Source of the DNA: Candidatus Latescibacterota bacterium
GTDB taxonomy: Bacteria; Latescibacterota; UBA2968; GCA-2709665
NCBI GenBank assembly: GCA_963662665.2
Contig: CAXXJS010000017.1
Coordinates: forward strand, 1-64,000
Reading direction: 5' to 3'
Length of the DNA: 64,000 bases
Positions 19,736-28,013 of this stretch are shown here, one piece after another. A program made the position numbers and the translations under genes. Every line of letters starts with the position of its first letter. Position 1 is the first letter of the stretch. Under the pieces are notes generated by a model. The model did no database searches. It had not been told where the DNA came from and saw only the letters and a list, made by a program, of their open reading frames with translations.

Positions 19736-19769
19736 GAGAGCCGCCGGACGTCCGTCCGGCGGCTCTTTC
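19736..19769 (+). terminator. Intrinsic terminator
   Basis: gagagccgccggacg-tc-cgtccggcggctcttt. Confidence 0.75.
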
Positions 19770-19776
19770 ATTGGGG

Positions 19777-20221
19777 TGGGTCTCTTTACGCCCCATAGAG
19801 CGCCTCGCCTCTAACGCGTCCGGTCCGGGCGGAAGGGGTTTTTGTTCGCGGCAAGAAACGTGCCGCTCACCAGCAACCTCGAACGCCAGAACCAGGCGTT
19901 CCCTGTTGTCCCGAAAAACTCCAGAACAACAGGTCACCCGCTTCGCGGGCGGAGGTTGGTTCCACGCGCTACCGTACGGCATCACTAACATTTCGTATGT
20001 CGTCAGGTCCCATCGAACGCACGGTTGTGGGGTGGGGGCTTTTCCACGCCATTCCGTCCAGCACAACAGTACTGGTACATCTGACAGGCTTGTAGGCCAC
20101 CCAACTGCAATTTCGCCCCTGAGGATATTCGTGGAAAAGCAGCCCCGCGGCGTTTGAGCGGCGCCGTTCTTTTTGGCCCTTTTTCTTTGGCGAGAAAGAA
20201 AAAGGGCAAGGGAATAGGGGA
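19777..20221 (-). repeat. Modular intergenic element, copy B (core 20058-20126)
   Basis: About 430 bp nearly identical to copy C. Confidence 0.92.
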
Positions 20222-20382
20222 CGTTAGCGGGGAGGGGGGAAATTCTATGCCTATTGATCTCCGGTTTTTCCCTACCCAAAAATTAACCTGGACACGGAAC
20301 GGAAACCAATCAGGTTCGTTAAAGGATTAGGTGGTTGCGGTATACTTATAAAGATAAGAGACAGCGCGAGGAGGGGAAATAT

Positions 20383-21210
20383 ATGAAAGGAAGAATCACA
20401 TTTCTTACCGCGATCTTGCCTTTCCTTATCGCCTCCCAGGCGAACGCAGGCGCCTGGACCCAGAAGAAGGGCGATTATTACGCGAAGGTTTCGGGCGGGT
20501 ATTTGAACACCACCCAGGACATCAACGCGGAGGGAGACAAGGTCGAAAAGGACGGCGAGGGCAGATTGCGTGACCTGAACTGTTCGGCCTACGTGGAATA
20601 CGGAATTACCGATGAGCTGACACTGGTTGGGACGGCGCCGTACAAGAATATGAAGGATACCCGGACGTTCCAGACGGGTACCGCCCTTGAGCGGCGGTGG
20701 GGGTTCGGCGACGTGGAACTGCGTATGCGCCGCCTCCTGTGGAACAAGGACTTCGTGGCGTCCGTAGCGGCGGGCGCAAAGATCCCGACTTGGTTCGAAG
20801 ACGACGAGAGCACGCGTGTGCCGTTGAGCAGCAAGAAGATGGACTGGGACGCGCGTGTCCTGCTGGGAAAATCCCTATACCCCGTTCCGGGCTATGTCAC
20901 CGGAGAGTTGGGCTATCGGCTGCGGGGCGGGACGTTCAGCAACGAGTGGTTCTACACGTTGGAGGCCGGCATTACCGTGGACCGGGTTCTCATCAAAGGC
21001 TTCATTTCCGGCATTCAGACGTTGGGCAACTGCGAACCCGGGGATGAAGTGGGGCTCATCGGAGACCAGAACGTGCTCAAGATCTCCCCGGGAATCATCT
21101 ATAAGCTGAACTCCAGGGTGGAACTGAGTGGGGACCTGATTCACATTGCATCGGGATGCAACACAACGGCCGGCAATACCTTCTTCGTCGGCGTCGCGCT
21201 GAAACGTTGA
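20383..21210 (+). CDS. Secreted probable outer-membrane beta-barrel protein
   Basis: Signal peptide ANA-GAW; YVEYGITD, GFGDVEL, alternating beta-strand pattern. Confidence 0.65.
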   Translation: MKGRITFLTAILPFLIASQANAGAWTQKKGDYYAKVSGGYLNTTQDINAEGDKVEKDGEGRLRDLNCSAYVEYGITDELTLVGTAPYKNMKDTRTFQTGTALERRWGFGDVELRMRRLLWNKDFVASVAAGAKIPTWFEDDESTRVPLSSKKMDWDARVLLGKSLYPVPGYVTGELGYRLRGGTFSNEWFYTLEAGITVDRVLIKGFISGIQTLGNCEPGDEVGLIGDQNVLKISPGIIYKLNSRVELSGDLIHIASGCNTTAGNTFFVGVALKR

Positions 21211-21261
21211 CAATGGGTTTTACCGCGTCGGGTACCCTGTTCATGTGTTGTTCAGGTTTTT

Positions 21262-21329
21262 AATCACAGTCAATCCCAGTCCGGTTTTAATCAGTCTTTA
21301 TTCATTGCAATCAGTCTCTAATTACAGTC
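21262..21329 (+). promoter_or_regulatory. Five AAT(CA)CAGTC direct repeats upstream of msrP
   Basis: Copies start at 21262, 21272, 21289, 21309, 21320; related block at 24664-24711. Confidence 0.55.
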
Positions 21330-21338
21330 GGAGGTGTT

Positions 21339-22364
21339 ATGGCAAATATAGTGATTCCTAAGGGATGGGAAATGCCGGAAAGCGAGGCAACGTCGGAAGA
21401 CGTGTACGTGAACCGCCGAAAGTTCCTGAAGGCGGGTGCGGTTGGCGCGGCCGGCGTGCTGGTGGGGTGCGGGAGCGAGCGTGTGTTCGAGCCGTTCGAG
21501 CCGGACCCGGTCACGCCGGACCCGGAGGACAAGGAAGAGGAAGAGGAAGAAGAGGAAGAGGAGGAAGAGATTAAGCCGGCGTACCCGGCACAGACGAATC
21601 CGGAGTTTTCGGAACTGGACCGCAACCTGACCAACGAATCGATCGCCGCCGGTTACAACAATTATTACGAGTTCAGCCGCGGAAAAACCGGCATCGAGGA
21701 GAAGGCGGAGAATTTTATCACGAATCCGTGGACGCTCGAGGTCAAGGGGTTGGTGGGGAACCCGATGACGTTGGATTACGACGCGCTGCACCGAAAATTC
21801 CCCCTGGAAGAGCGGCTCTACCGGCTGCGCTGCGTGGAGGCGTGGTCCATGGCCGTTCCGTGGACGGGATTTCCAATGAAGGCGCTGATTGACGCCGTGG
21901 AACCGCGTTCCGATGCCACCCACGTGAAGTTCAACACGTTCATCAATCCGGACCAGGCCCCCGGGCAGTTCGATAACCCCCAGTGGCCGTGGCCCTACCA
22001 GGAGGGTTTGAGGATAGATGAAGCGGCGAACGAACTTACCTTCATCGCCACGGGCATCTACGGCCACGAACTGCCGAAGCAGCATGGCGCCCCCGTCCGG
22101 ATGGTCATACCCTGGAAATACGGCTTCAAAAGCGGGAAGTCAATCGTGAGCATCGAGTTCGTGAACGAACAGCCGGAGACGTTCTGGAACAAGCTGGTGC
22201 CCAGGGAGTACGGGTTTCTGGCCAACGTGGAGCCGGAGGTGCCCCATCCGCGCTGGTCGCAGGCCACGGAACGGTTTATTACAACCGACGTATCGAAGCC
22301 CCTCGTGCGCCCCACGCTTCTGTACAACGGGTATCAGGAATTCGTCCAGGACTTATATGTCTAG
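21339..22364 (+). CDS. msrP: Protein-methionine-sulfoxide reductase catalytic subunit (molybdoenzyme)
   Basis: YNNYYEF, RLRCVEAWSM, PWKYGFKSGKSI, HPRWSQATER; Tat motif NRRKFLK. Confidence 0.93.
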   Translation: MANIVIPKGWEMPESEATSEDVYVNRRKFLKAGAVGAAGVLVGCGSERVFEPFEPDPVTPDPEDKEEEEEEEEEEEEIKPAYPAQTNPEFSELDRNLTNESIAAGYNNYYEFSRGKTGIEEKAENFITNPWTLEVKGLVGNPMTLDYDALHRKFPLEERLYRLRCVEAWSMAVPWTGFPMKALIDAVEPRSDATHVKFNTFINPDQAPGQFDNPQWPWPYQEGLRIDEAANELTFIATGIYGHELPKQHGAPVRMVIPWKYGFKSGKSIVSIEFVNEQPETFWNKLVPREYGFLANVEPEVPHPRWSQATERFITTDVSKPLVRPTLLYNGYQEFVQDLYV

Positions 22365-22391
22365 TTTGAAGGGTAACGACGGAGTATTCAA

Positions 22392-23174
22392 GTGATCATT
22401 GACGTCAACGCGTGGGTGGGACACTGGCCCTTCCGGCGGCTGCGCCACAATACGGTGCAGGGGCTGCTGAGGCTGATGGACCGCAGCGGTATCGACCGGG
22501 CGGTGGTTGCGTCCGTCCACGGGGTGTTCTACAGGAACGCGCATTCGGCCAACGAGGAACTGGCAAAGCAGGTGTTGCGCCACCGGGACCGGTTGATTCC
22601 GTTTGCCACGCTGAATCCCACGTACGCGGGATGGGAGGAGGATCTGCGCCGGTGCGCCGAAGACCTGGAACTGTGCGGGATTCGCCTGTATCCGCAATAT
22701 CACGGGTACGATCTGGACAGGGACGCGGCGTTGGACTTAATGGATGCCGCCGCGGACCTGGGATGGCCCGTACAGGTGCCGATGCGAATTGTGGACCGGC
22801 GACAACGGCATCCCTGGGATATGGCAGATGACCTGAAGCCGGCGACGTTTCGCCGGCTTTTTGATTTACGGCCCCATATCCGCTGGATGATTCTGAACGG
22901 CGCCGGCTTCACCGGACGAATATTAACCCCGGACGTCCGGTTCCTGGTGGACGTTTCCCGGCTGACCGCGGTATTGGAGCGCAGCATTCAGGAGCTGACG
23001 CAGGCCTGGGGCCACGGGCGCCTGGCCTTCGGATCGGGCATGCCGTTCAACTCGCCCGCACCCGCGGTGCTGAAATTACAGGTTCTGGACGCACCCTGCG
23101 AGGTCAGGGAAGCCATCGCCTGGCGAAACGCGGATGCAATGCTGCGTTGCGGGGCAACGGAACCACGAAAATAG
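22392..23174 (+). CDS. Amidohydrolase_2 family metal-dependent hydrolase
   Basis: IIDVNA..G.WPF, GIRLYP.YHGY, FGSGMP. Confidence 0.75.
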   Translation: MIIDVNAWVGHWPFRRLRHNTVQGLLRLMDRSGIDRAVVASVHGVFYRNAHSANEELAKQVLRHRDRLIPFATLNPTYAGWEEDLRRCAEDLELCGIRLYPQYHGYDLDRDAALDLMDAAADLGWPVQVPMRIVDRRQRHPWDMADDLKPATFRRLFDLRPHIRWMILNGAGFTGRILTPDVRFLVDVSRLTAVLERSIQELTQAWGHGRLAFGSGMPFNSPAPAVLKLQVLDAPCEVREAIAWRNADAMLRCGATEPRK

Positions 23175-23211
23175 ACCTCTCCCCAAAACTGGCGAGACGT
23201 AAGCCGGGAGA

Positions 23212-23713
23212 GGGGGTAGGTCGCGCCGAATCGCAGGTTTTCCCCATCAAGCGCCCGGTGGTGGTGTTGGGTCTCTTTACGCCCCATAGAGCGCCTCGCC
23301 TCTAACGCGTCCGGTCCGGGCGGAAGGGGCTTTTGTTCGCGGAAAGAAACGTGCCGCTCACCAGCAACCTCGAACGCGAGAACCAGGCGTTCCCTGTTGT
23401 CCCGAAAAACCCCGGAACAACAGGTCACCCGCTTCGCGGGCGGAGGTTGGTTCCACGCGCTACCGTACGGCATCACTAAGATTCCGTATGTCGTCAGGTC
23501 CCATCGAACGCACGGTTGTGGGGTGGGGGCTTTTCCACGCCATTCCGTCCAGCACAACAGTACTGGTACATCTGACAGGCTTGTAGGCCACCCAACTGCA
23601 ATTTCGCCCCTGAGGATATTCGTGGAAAAGCAGCCCCGCGGCGTTTGAGCGGCGCCGTTCTTTTTGGCCCTTTTTCTTTGGCGAGAAAGAAAAAGGGCAT
23701 AGAAATAGGGGAA
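23212..23713 (-). repeat. Modular intergenic element, copy C, the longest (core 23549-23617)
   Basis: Contains head, core, all internal modules and the gcgcgacctacccc tail. Confidence 0.92.
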
Positions 23714-23743
23714 TTTAGGGGCGGGGTAGACTGTAGTTCCCAA

Positions 23744-24480
23744 TCACTCTCCGAACGCCCTCGCAAAAACCACAAAATCCCCAAACCCGACGTTTCCGTC
23801 CTCGTCCAGGTCGAACCTCGCGTCAAAGTCCTCATCGGCAGACGTTCTGCCAAACGCTTCCGCAAACGCAATGAAGTCCGCGAAGCCCACCGTTCCGTCG
23901 CCGTTGAAGTCGGGAGACGGCGCCCCGCCAATTGAAATCGGCTCGAAACGTCTGTAGCCCCATGAACGTTCGCCGTTTCGCCAAAGCCAGACGTCCAGCG
24001 TATAGGTGTCTGAAACCTGCTGATCGTGCGAAAACACTGGAAAGGGGTTGCACGCTTCCAATTGCAGGGGAAGTTTCGGGCGAGACGAGAAATTCCTCAG
24101 GGCGAGGGAAGCGGCGCTGGCCGCTTGTGGAGTCCGCCAGAAAGGGCGCGGTGAATTCGAGCGCGGTGTTTAAGCCCGACCCGGTCAGAAACAGCCGCGA
24201 TAGAAATCTCTCGTAAACGTCGGTAATGCGGTCGCCGCCGGCGAGGAGCACTGCCGTCACGGTCGTATCGGGCAGGTTACCGAATGCCGGCACACGAACC
24301 GGCGGGCGCCGACCTGATGCGGCGCGACCTTCGTCGCCGGGGGGCGGTATCCGCCGGACTGTTGGACTCGGCGGGCGAGCTCCTGCTCCTGTCTTCGAAG
24401 CAGCGCTTCCAGTCCGCCGCTTGAGTATGAGGACAACCTCGCGCCCATCCCGTTAACCGTGGCGTCCTCTCGATCATTCT
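23744..24480 (-). pseudogene. Fragmented gene ending in a dockerin-like double EF-hand
   Basis: Protein-like segments spread over several frames; intact C-terminus PDFNGDGTVGFADF...FDLDEDGNVGFGDFVVFARAFGE. Confidence 0.6.
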
Positions 24481-24519
24481 GGTGTATTCTCGGTTATCAT
24501 GGGATTCTATAGTTATTTG

Positions 24520-24548
24520 TTGACATTCAAATATCGCCGGGCTATACT
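24520..24548 (+). promoter_or_regulatory. sigma70-like promoter
   Basis: TTGACA, 17-nt spacer, TATACT. Confidence 0.75.
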
Positions 24549-24723
24549 GTAAGAAACGCATTGATCCTGATTGATGAATTTTCGTGATTGGAGTGTTTCA
24601 TAAGGGCTGTCGCCGCTGGCCGAGGGTGGCGGCCTTTTCGGTAACACCACGCCGAAGTAATCCGGGTTTCAATCACAATCCATCCCAGTCCGCCTTGCCT
24701 TTATCACAGTTAAGGAGGGAGCC

Positions 24724-25626
24724 ATGGTCCGGTATCGTTTTCTCTGCCTGATAATTTCATACGTGCTGATCGTTCCTGCGGGAACGGCCTATGGCGAGAA
24801 GGTGGCGCTCAATTTCGTCTATAAATCGGGGCAGTCGAATCTCTACAAGAACTCCTGGACAATTGAGTATTACAGCGGCCGCGCCGATCTGATCGACGAC
24901 GACAAGACTTCCGGCACGGTCGACGTGCGGATCTACGGAAAATGGAACAGCCGGGAGGCCGTCAGCGCCATTGAAGAGGGGGCGGCAACCGTAACGGCGA
25001 CGGTTCAGAACGCTGAGAGTACGGTAATGGAAGACCGCGTCCAGATCAACGTGAACAATTTCCCGTATCTGCTCGATATGTTCAACGGTCGGTCGTTCTC
25101 GTGGAAGGTGACCGCAACAGGCGACGTGATGGGATTCAAGCCGGCCTTCAAGACGTATGAAGTGCGCCGCGAAGCGGCGATCAGCGATCTGCACCAGCTC
25201 TGGGTGCCGGAAATTCATCCGGTCCTTCCCAAAAGGGAGGTCGGATCGGGAGATTCGTGGAACGGGCTGCGCCGCCACGAGATCCCCATCCCGGCTCTGC
25301 AGGATAAAGGCCTGGTGGAAATCAACAGCGTTTACGTGATGAAGAGGCTGGCGAAGAAAAAAGGCCGGCGGGTCGCCCTGATCGACGAGACCAGGCAGAT
25401 GCGGTACCGCGGCTGGATATTTTCCAACGCGGTGTCGATTATGGTCGAAGGCACCGGCGAGGGAAAGGGCAAATGGACCGTCGACGTGAACAGGGGGCTT
25501 GTGATCGCGCATGAAATCAAGTTGAACTTCAAGGAGGTGGACGTCACGGTGATCAGGGGCAACGTCAAGGTGGAAAACGCGGCCGCCAAGATGAAGTTCA
25601 CCTTCAAACGCGAACTGGATGATTAG
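24724..25626 (+). CDS. Secreted beta-rich hypothetical protein
   Basis: Strong SD taaggagg, signal peptide; no family recognised. Confidence 0.75.
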   Translation: MVRYRFLCLIISYVLIVPAGTAYGEKVALNFVYKSGQSNLYKNSWTIEYYSGRADLIDDDKTSGTVDVRIYGKWNSREAVSAIEEGAATVTATVQNAESTVMEDRVQINVNNFPYLLDMFNGRSFSWKVTATGDVMGFKPAFKTYEVRREAAISDLHQLWVPEIHPVLPKREVGSGDSWNGLRRHEIPIPALQDKGLVEINSVYVMKRLAKKKGRRVALIDETRQMRYRGWIFSNAVSIMVEGTGEGKGKWTVDVNRGLVIAHEIKLNFKEVDVTVIRGNVKVENAAAKMKFTFKRELDD

Positions 25627-25632
25627 CGTTCT

Positions 25633-25971
25633 TCAGTTGATGACAGTTCCCCCTTCCTTCAGGAAGGGGGATAGGTCGCGCCCCATGGCGCATCTGCCCC
25701 TTCGCGCGAACGGTGGCGGAGAGGGGAGCTTTCCACCGCCCCGTAGAGCGCCTCGCCTCTAACGCGTCCGGTGGCTGAGTGGGGGCTTTTCCACGCGCTT
25801 CCGTCTGGCAGTGAAGTACCGTGGTACGGGATTCGTACGCAGGCCACCGACGCAGATAAATACCCTTGAGACGATTCGTGGAAAAGCAGCCCCGCGGCGT
25901 TTGAGCGGCGCCGTTCTTTTTGGTCCTTTTTCTTTGGCGAAAAAGAAAAAGGACATTGAAATAGGGGAAGT
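25633..25971 (-). repeat. Modular intergenic element, copy D (core 25805-25873)
   Basis: Head nearly identical to C, different core, tail aactgtcatcaactga shared with A. Confidence 0.9.
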
Positions 25972-26086
25972 CGGCGGGGTTGATAAATTCCATGCCTCTC
26001 CGAATCCAATGTCCCCAGGAACCGCAATTCCATTGCTCGAGTAACGCTGACAAACGCTGTTCACGGCCGCCATTCTGATTCCGGAG

Positions 26087-27808
26087 GTGAGTGCCATTAA
26101 CCGCCAGGACGACGGAAATCGCCAGCGAAAGTCGCCGGACGACTTTCTGCAGGACTACGTGGATATGCAGCACACGTTCCGGTCGCTGTCCATTATCGAC
26201 CAGATATTGATGTCCATGGACGAAAAGGACAAGCGGCGCCCCCTGCTCTACCATCTCCGCCGCCAGCTTCAGGAAGACGAGATTACGTTCGAGGAGGCCA
26301 GGCGGACCATCGTGGAGATGGAGACCGCGCTGGAGAAGGTGACGGCGCCGGCCAACCGCGTGGGAACGCTTCTGGAGGCCCCCCGCGACGGGGTGGCCTA
26401 TATCAGCGTGGGCGGCTCGGAATATTACGCGAACGTGGATTCCCGGCTGGACCAGGAGGCGCTGAAGGTGGGCACGAGGGTGCTGGTCAACGACGCGTTT
26501 GCCATCGTCGGCGAACTGGGAATTTCGGTTGCCGGCCAGGTGGCGAAGATCTCCGACGTGCTCGAAGACGGCCGGCTGCGCGTCGGCCAGGAGCCGGGCG
26601 GGCAGGTCACCGTGCTTTCCCGCTCCAGCGATTTGGCGCCGGTGTCTCTGAAGGCGGGCGACGACGTCCGCGTGGATCCGAATTTCCGCGTGGCGCTGGA
26701 ACGGATGCCCGAAAAAGACGCGAAAGACTACTACCTCGAAGAGATTCCACATCTGCCCTGGGATAAGATCGGCGGCCAGGAGGAGGCCATCCAGGCCATT
26801 AAGGATACAATTGAGATGCCGGCGCTGCATCCGGACCTGTTTTCCAGGTTCCAGTACAGCGTACCCAAGGGGTTCCTGTTGTACGGCCCGCCGGGCTGCG
26901 GCAAGACCCTGATCGGCAAGGCAACCGCCTACAACCTCGTCAAGCAGGCCCAGCAGGAGGCCGGTCTGAACCTGAAAGAATGTTTCATGAATATCAAAGG
27001 CCCGGAAATCCTGAACATGTGGCTGGGCGAGTCCGAACGCCAGGTTCGCGAGATTTTTTCCAGGGCCCGGGAGAAGCGGAAAGAGGGCTGCCTGCCGGTG
27101 GTATTCATCGACGAAGCGGAGTCGGTTCTCGGCACCCGCCGGGCCATGCGGTCGCACAGCATTTCAAATACGGTGGTGCCGATGTTCTGTTCGGAAATGG
27201 ACGGCATCGAGTCGCTGCAGGACGTGGTGATCATACTGGCGTCCAACCGGCCCGACCTGATCGATCCCGCCATTTTGCGGCCGGGAAGAATCGACAGGAA
27301 AATAAAGGTGAAGCGCCCGGACCGGTACGGCGCGCTCGATATCCTCAAGATCTACCTGACGCCCGACCTGCCGATCGATCGGAAGGCCCTGGAACAACAC
27401 GACGGCGACGCGTCCGGAGCGGTGGAATTCCTCGTTGCGCGCACGGCGGAAGAGATTTTTTCAAAGAGGGACCATACGCGATTTCTCGAAGTGACCCTCC
27501 GAAGCGGCCGGAAAGACGTTCTGCGCCGGGGGGATCTGGCCAGCGGGGCCATCATGGAATCGATTGTGAGGCGCGCGAAAGAAATGGCCATCCGTCGCTC
27601 GATCTCGTCGGGCATTGAAGAGGGCATTTCCCAGGACGATCTCCTTCAGGCGGTCGAGACCGAGTACACGGAGAATGAGATTTTCCCGCCCACGGATAAT
27701 ACCGAAGACTGGTTGAAGCTGCTGGACTACGATCCGGAAAACGTCGTGCGGGCGTCGCCTGTTCGCCCGGGGCGGGAAGTGGACCGGCGTGCGAGTCGCA
27801 CGGTATAG
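26087..27808 (+). CDS. arc: Proteasome-associated AAA ATPase (ARC/Mpa family)
   Basis: N-terminal coiled coil and OB-like region, LLYGPPGCGKT, VFIDEAES, ASNRPDLIDPAILRPGRIDRKI, SGAIMESIV.RAK; operon context. Confidence 0.92.
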   Translation: MSAINRQDDGNRQRKSPDDFLQDYVDMQHTFRSLSIIDQILMSMDEKDKRRPLLYHLRRQLQEDEITFEEARRTIVEMETALEKVTAPANRVGTLLEAPRDGVAYISVGGSEYYANVDSRLDQEALKVGTRVLVNDAFAIVGELGISVAGQVAKISDVLEDGRLRVGQEPGGQVTVLSRSSDLAPVSLKAGDDVRVDPNFRVALERMPEKDAKDYYLEEIPHLPWDKIGGQEEAIQAIKDTIEMPALHPDLFSRFQYSVPKGFLLYGPPGCGKTLIGKATAYNLVKQAQQEAGLNLKECFMNIKGPEILNMWLGESERQVREIFSRAREKRKEGCLPVVFIDEAESVLGTRRAMRSHSISNTVVPMFCSEMDGIESLQDVVIILASNRPDLIDPAILRPGRIDRKIKVKRPDRYGALDILKIYLTPDLPIDRKALEQHDGDASGAVEFLVARTAEEIFSKRDHTRFLEVTLRSGRKDVLRRGDLASGAIMESIVRRAKEMAIRRSISSGIEEGISQDDLLQAVETEYTENEIFPPTDNTEDWLKLLDYDPENVVRASPVRPGREVDRRASRTV

Positions 27809-27835
27809 GGTTCCGGCGCTATCCTTTCTGGCTTG

Positions 27836-27910
27836 GCGCCGCATCAGGTGGCAAGGTTTTTCCTCTACCGTCTCCCCGCCTCTCGAAAAGGACATTGAAA
27901 TAGGGGAAGT
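27836..27910 (-). repeat. Modular element fragment, copy E
   Basis: acttcccctatttcaatgtcctttt (as in D) fused to tagaggaaaaaccttgccacct.atgcggcgc (as at about 5851-5882). Confidence 0.8.
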
Positions 27911-28013
27911 TGGTGGGAGGTGTGAATCCAATTTCACACATTTTCACCCATATCCACGCGAAGCGAAACGCGGTATCTGCCTTTCCCTTGAAATCAAGAT
28001 CTGAGCATGAGTC

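Noticed and set aside
21534-21570. GAR triplet run as a contingency locus
   Set aside because: Mixed gaa/gag codons encoding an in-frame acidic linker; similar acidic tails occur in rplY and rpsF.
22988-23743. ORFs spanning the repeat elements as bona fide genes
   Set aside because: Starts and ends differ between copies, there is no SD, and copy A has stops. Kept only as a hypothesis in the findings.
19777-25971. Modular elements as CRISPR arrays or integron attC cassettes
   Set aside because: Internal repeats are degenerate and unevenly spaced, copies are dispersed, no cas or integrase gene is present, and I saw no clear RYYYAAC/GTTRRRY ends.
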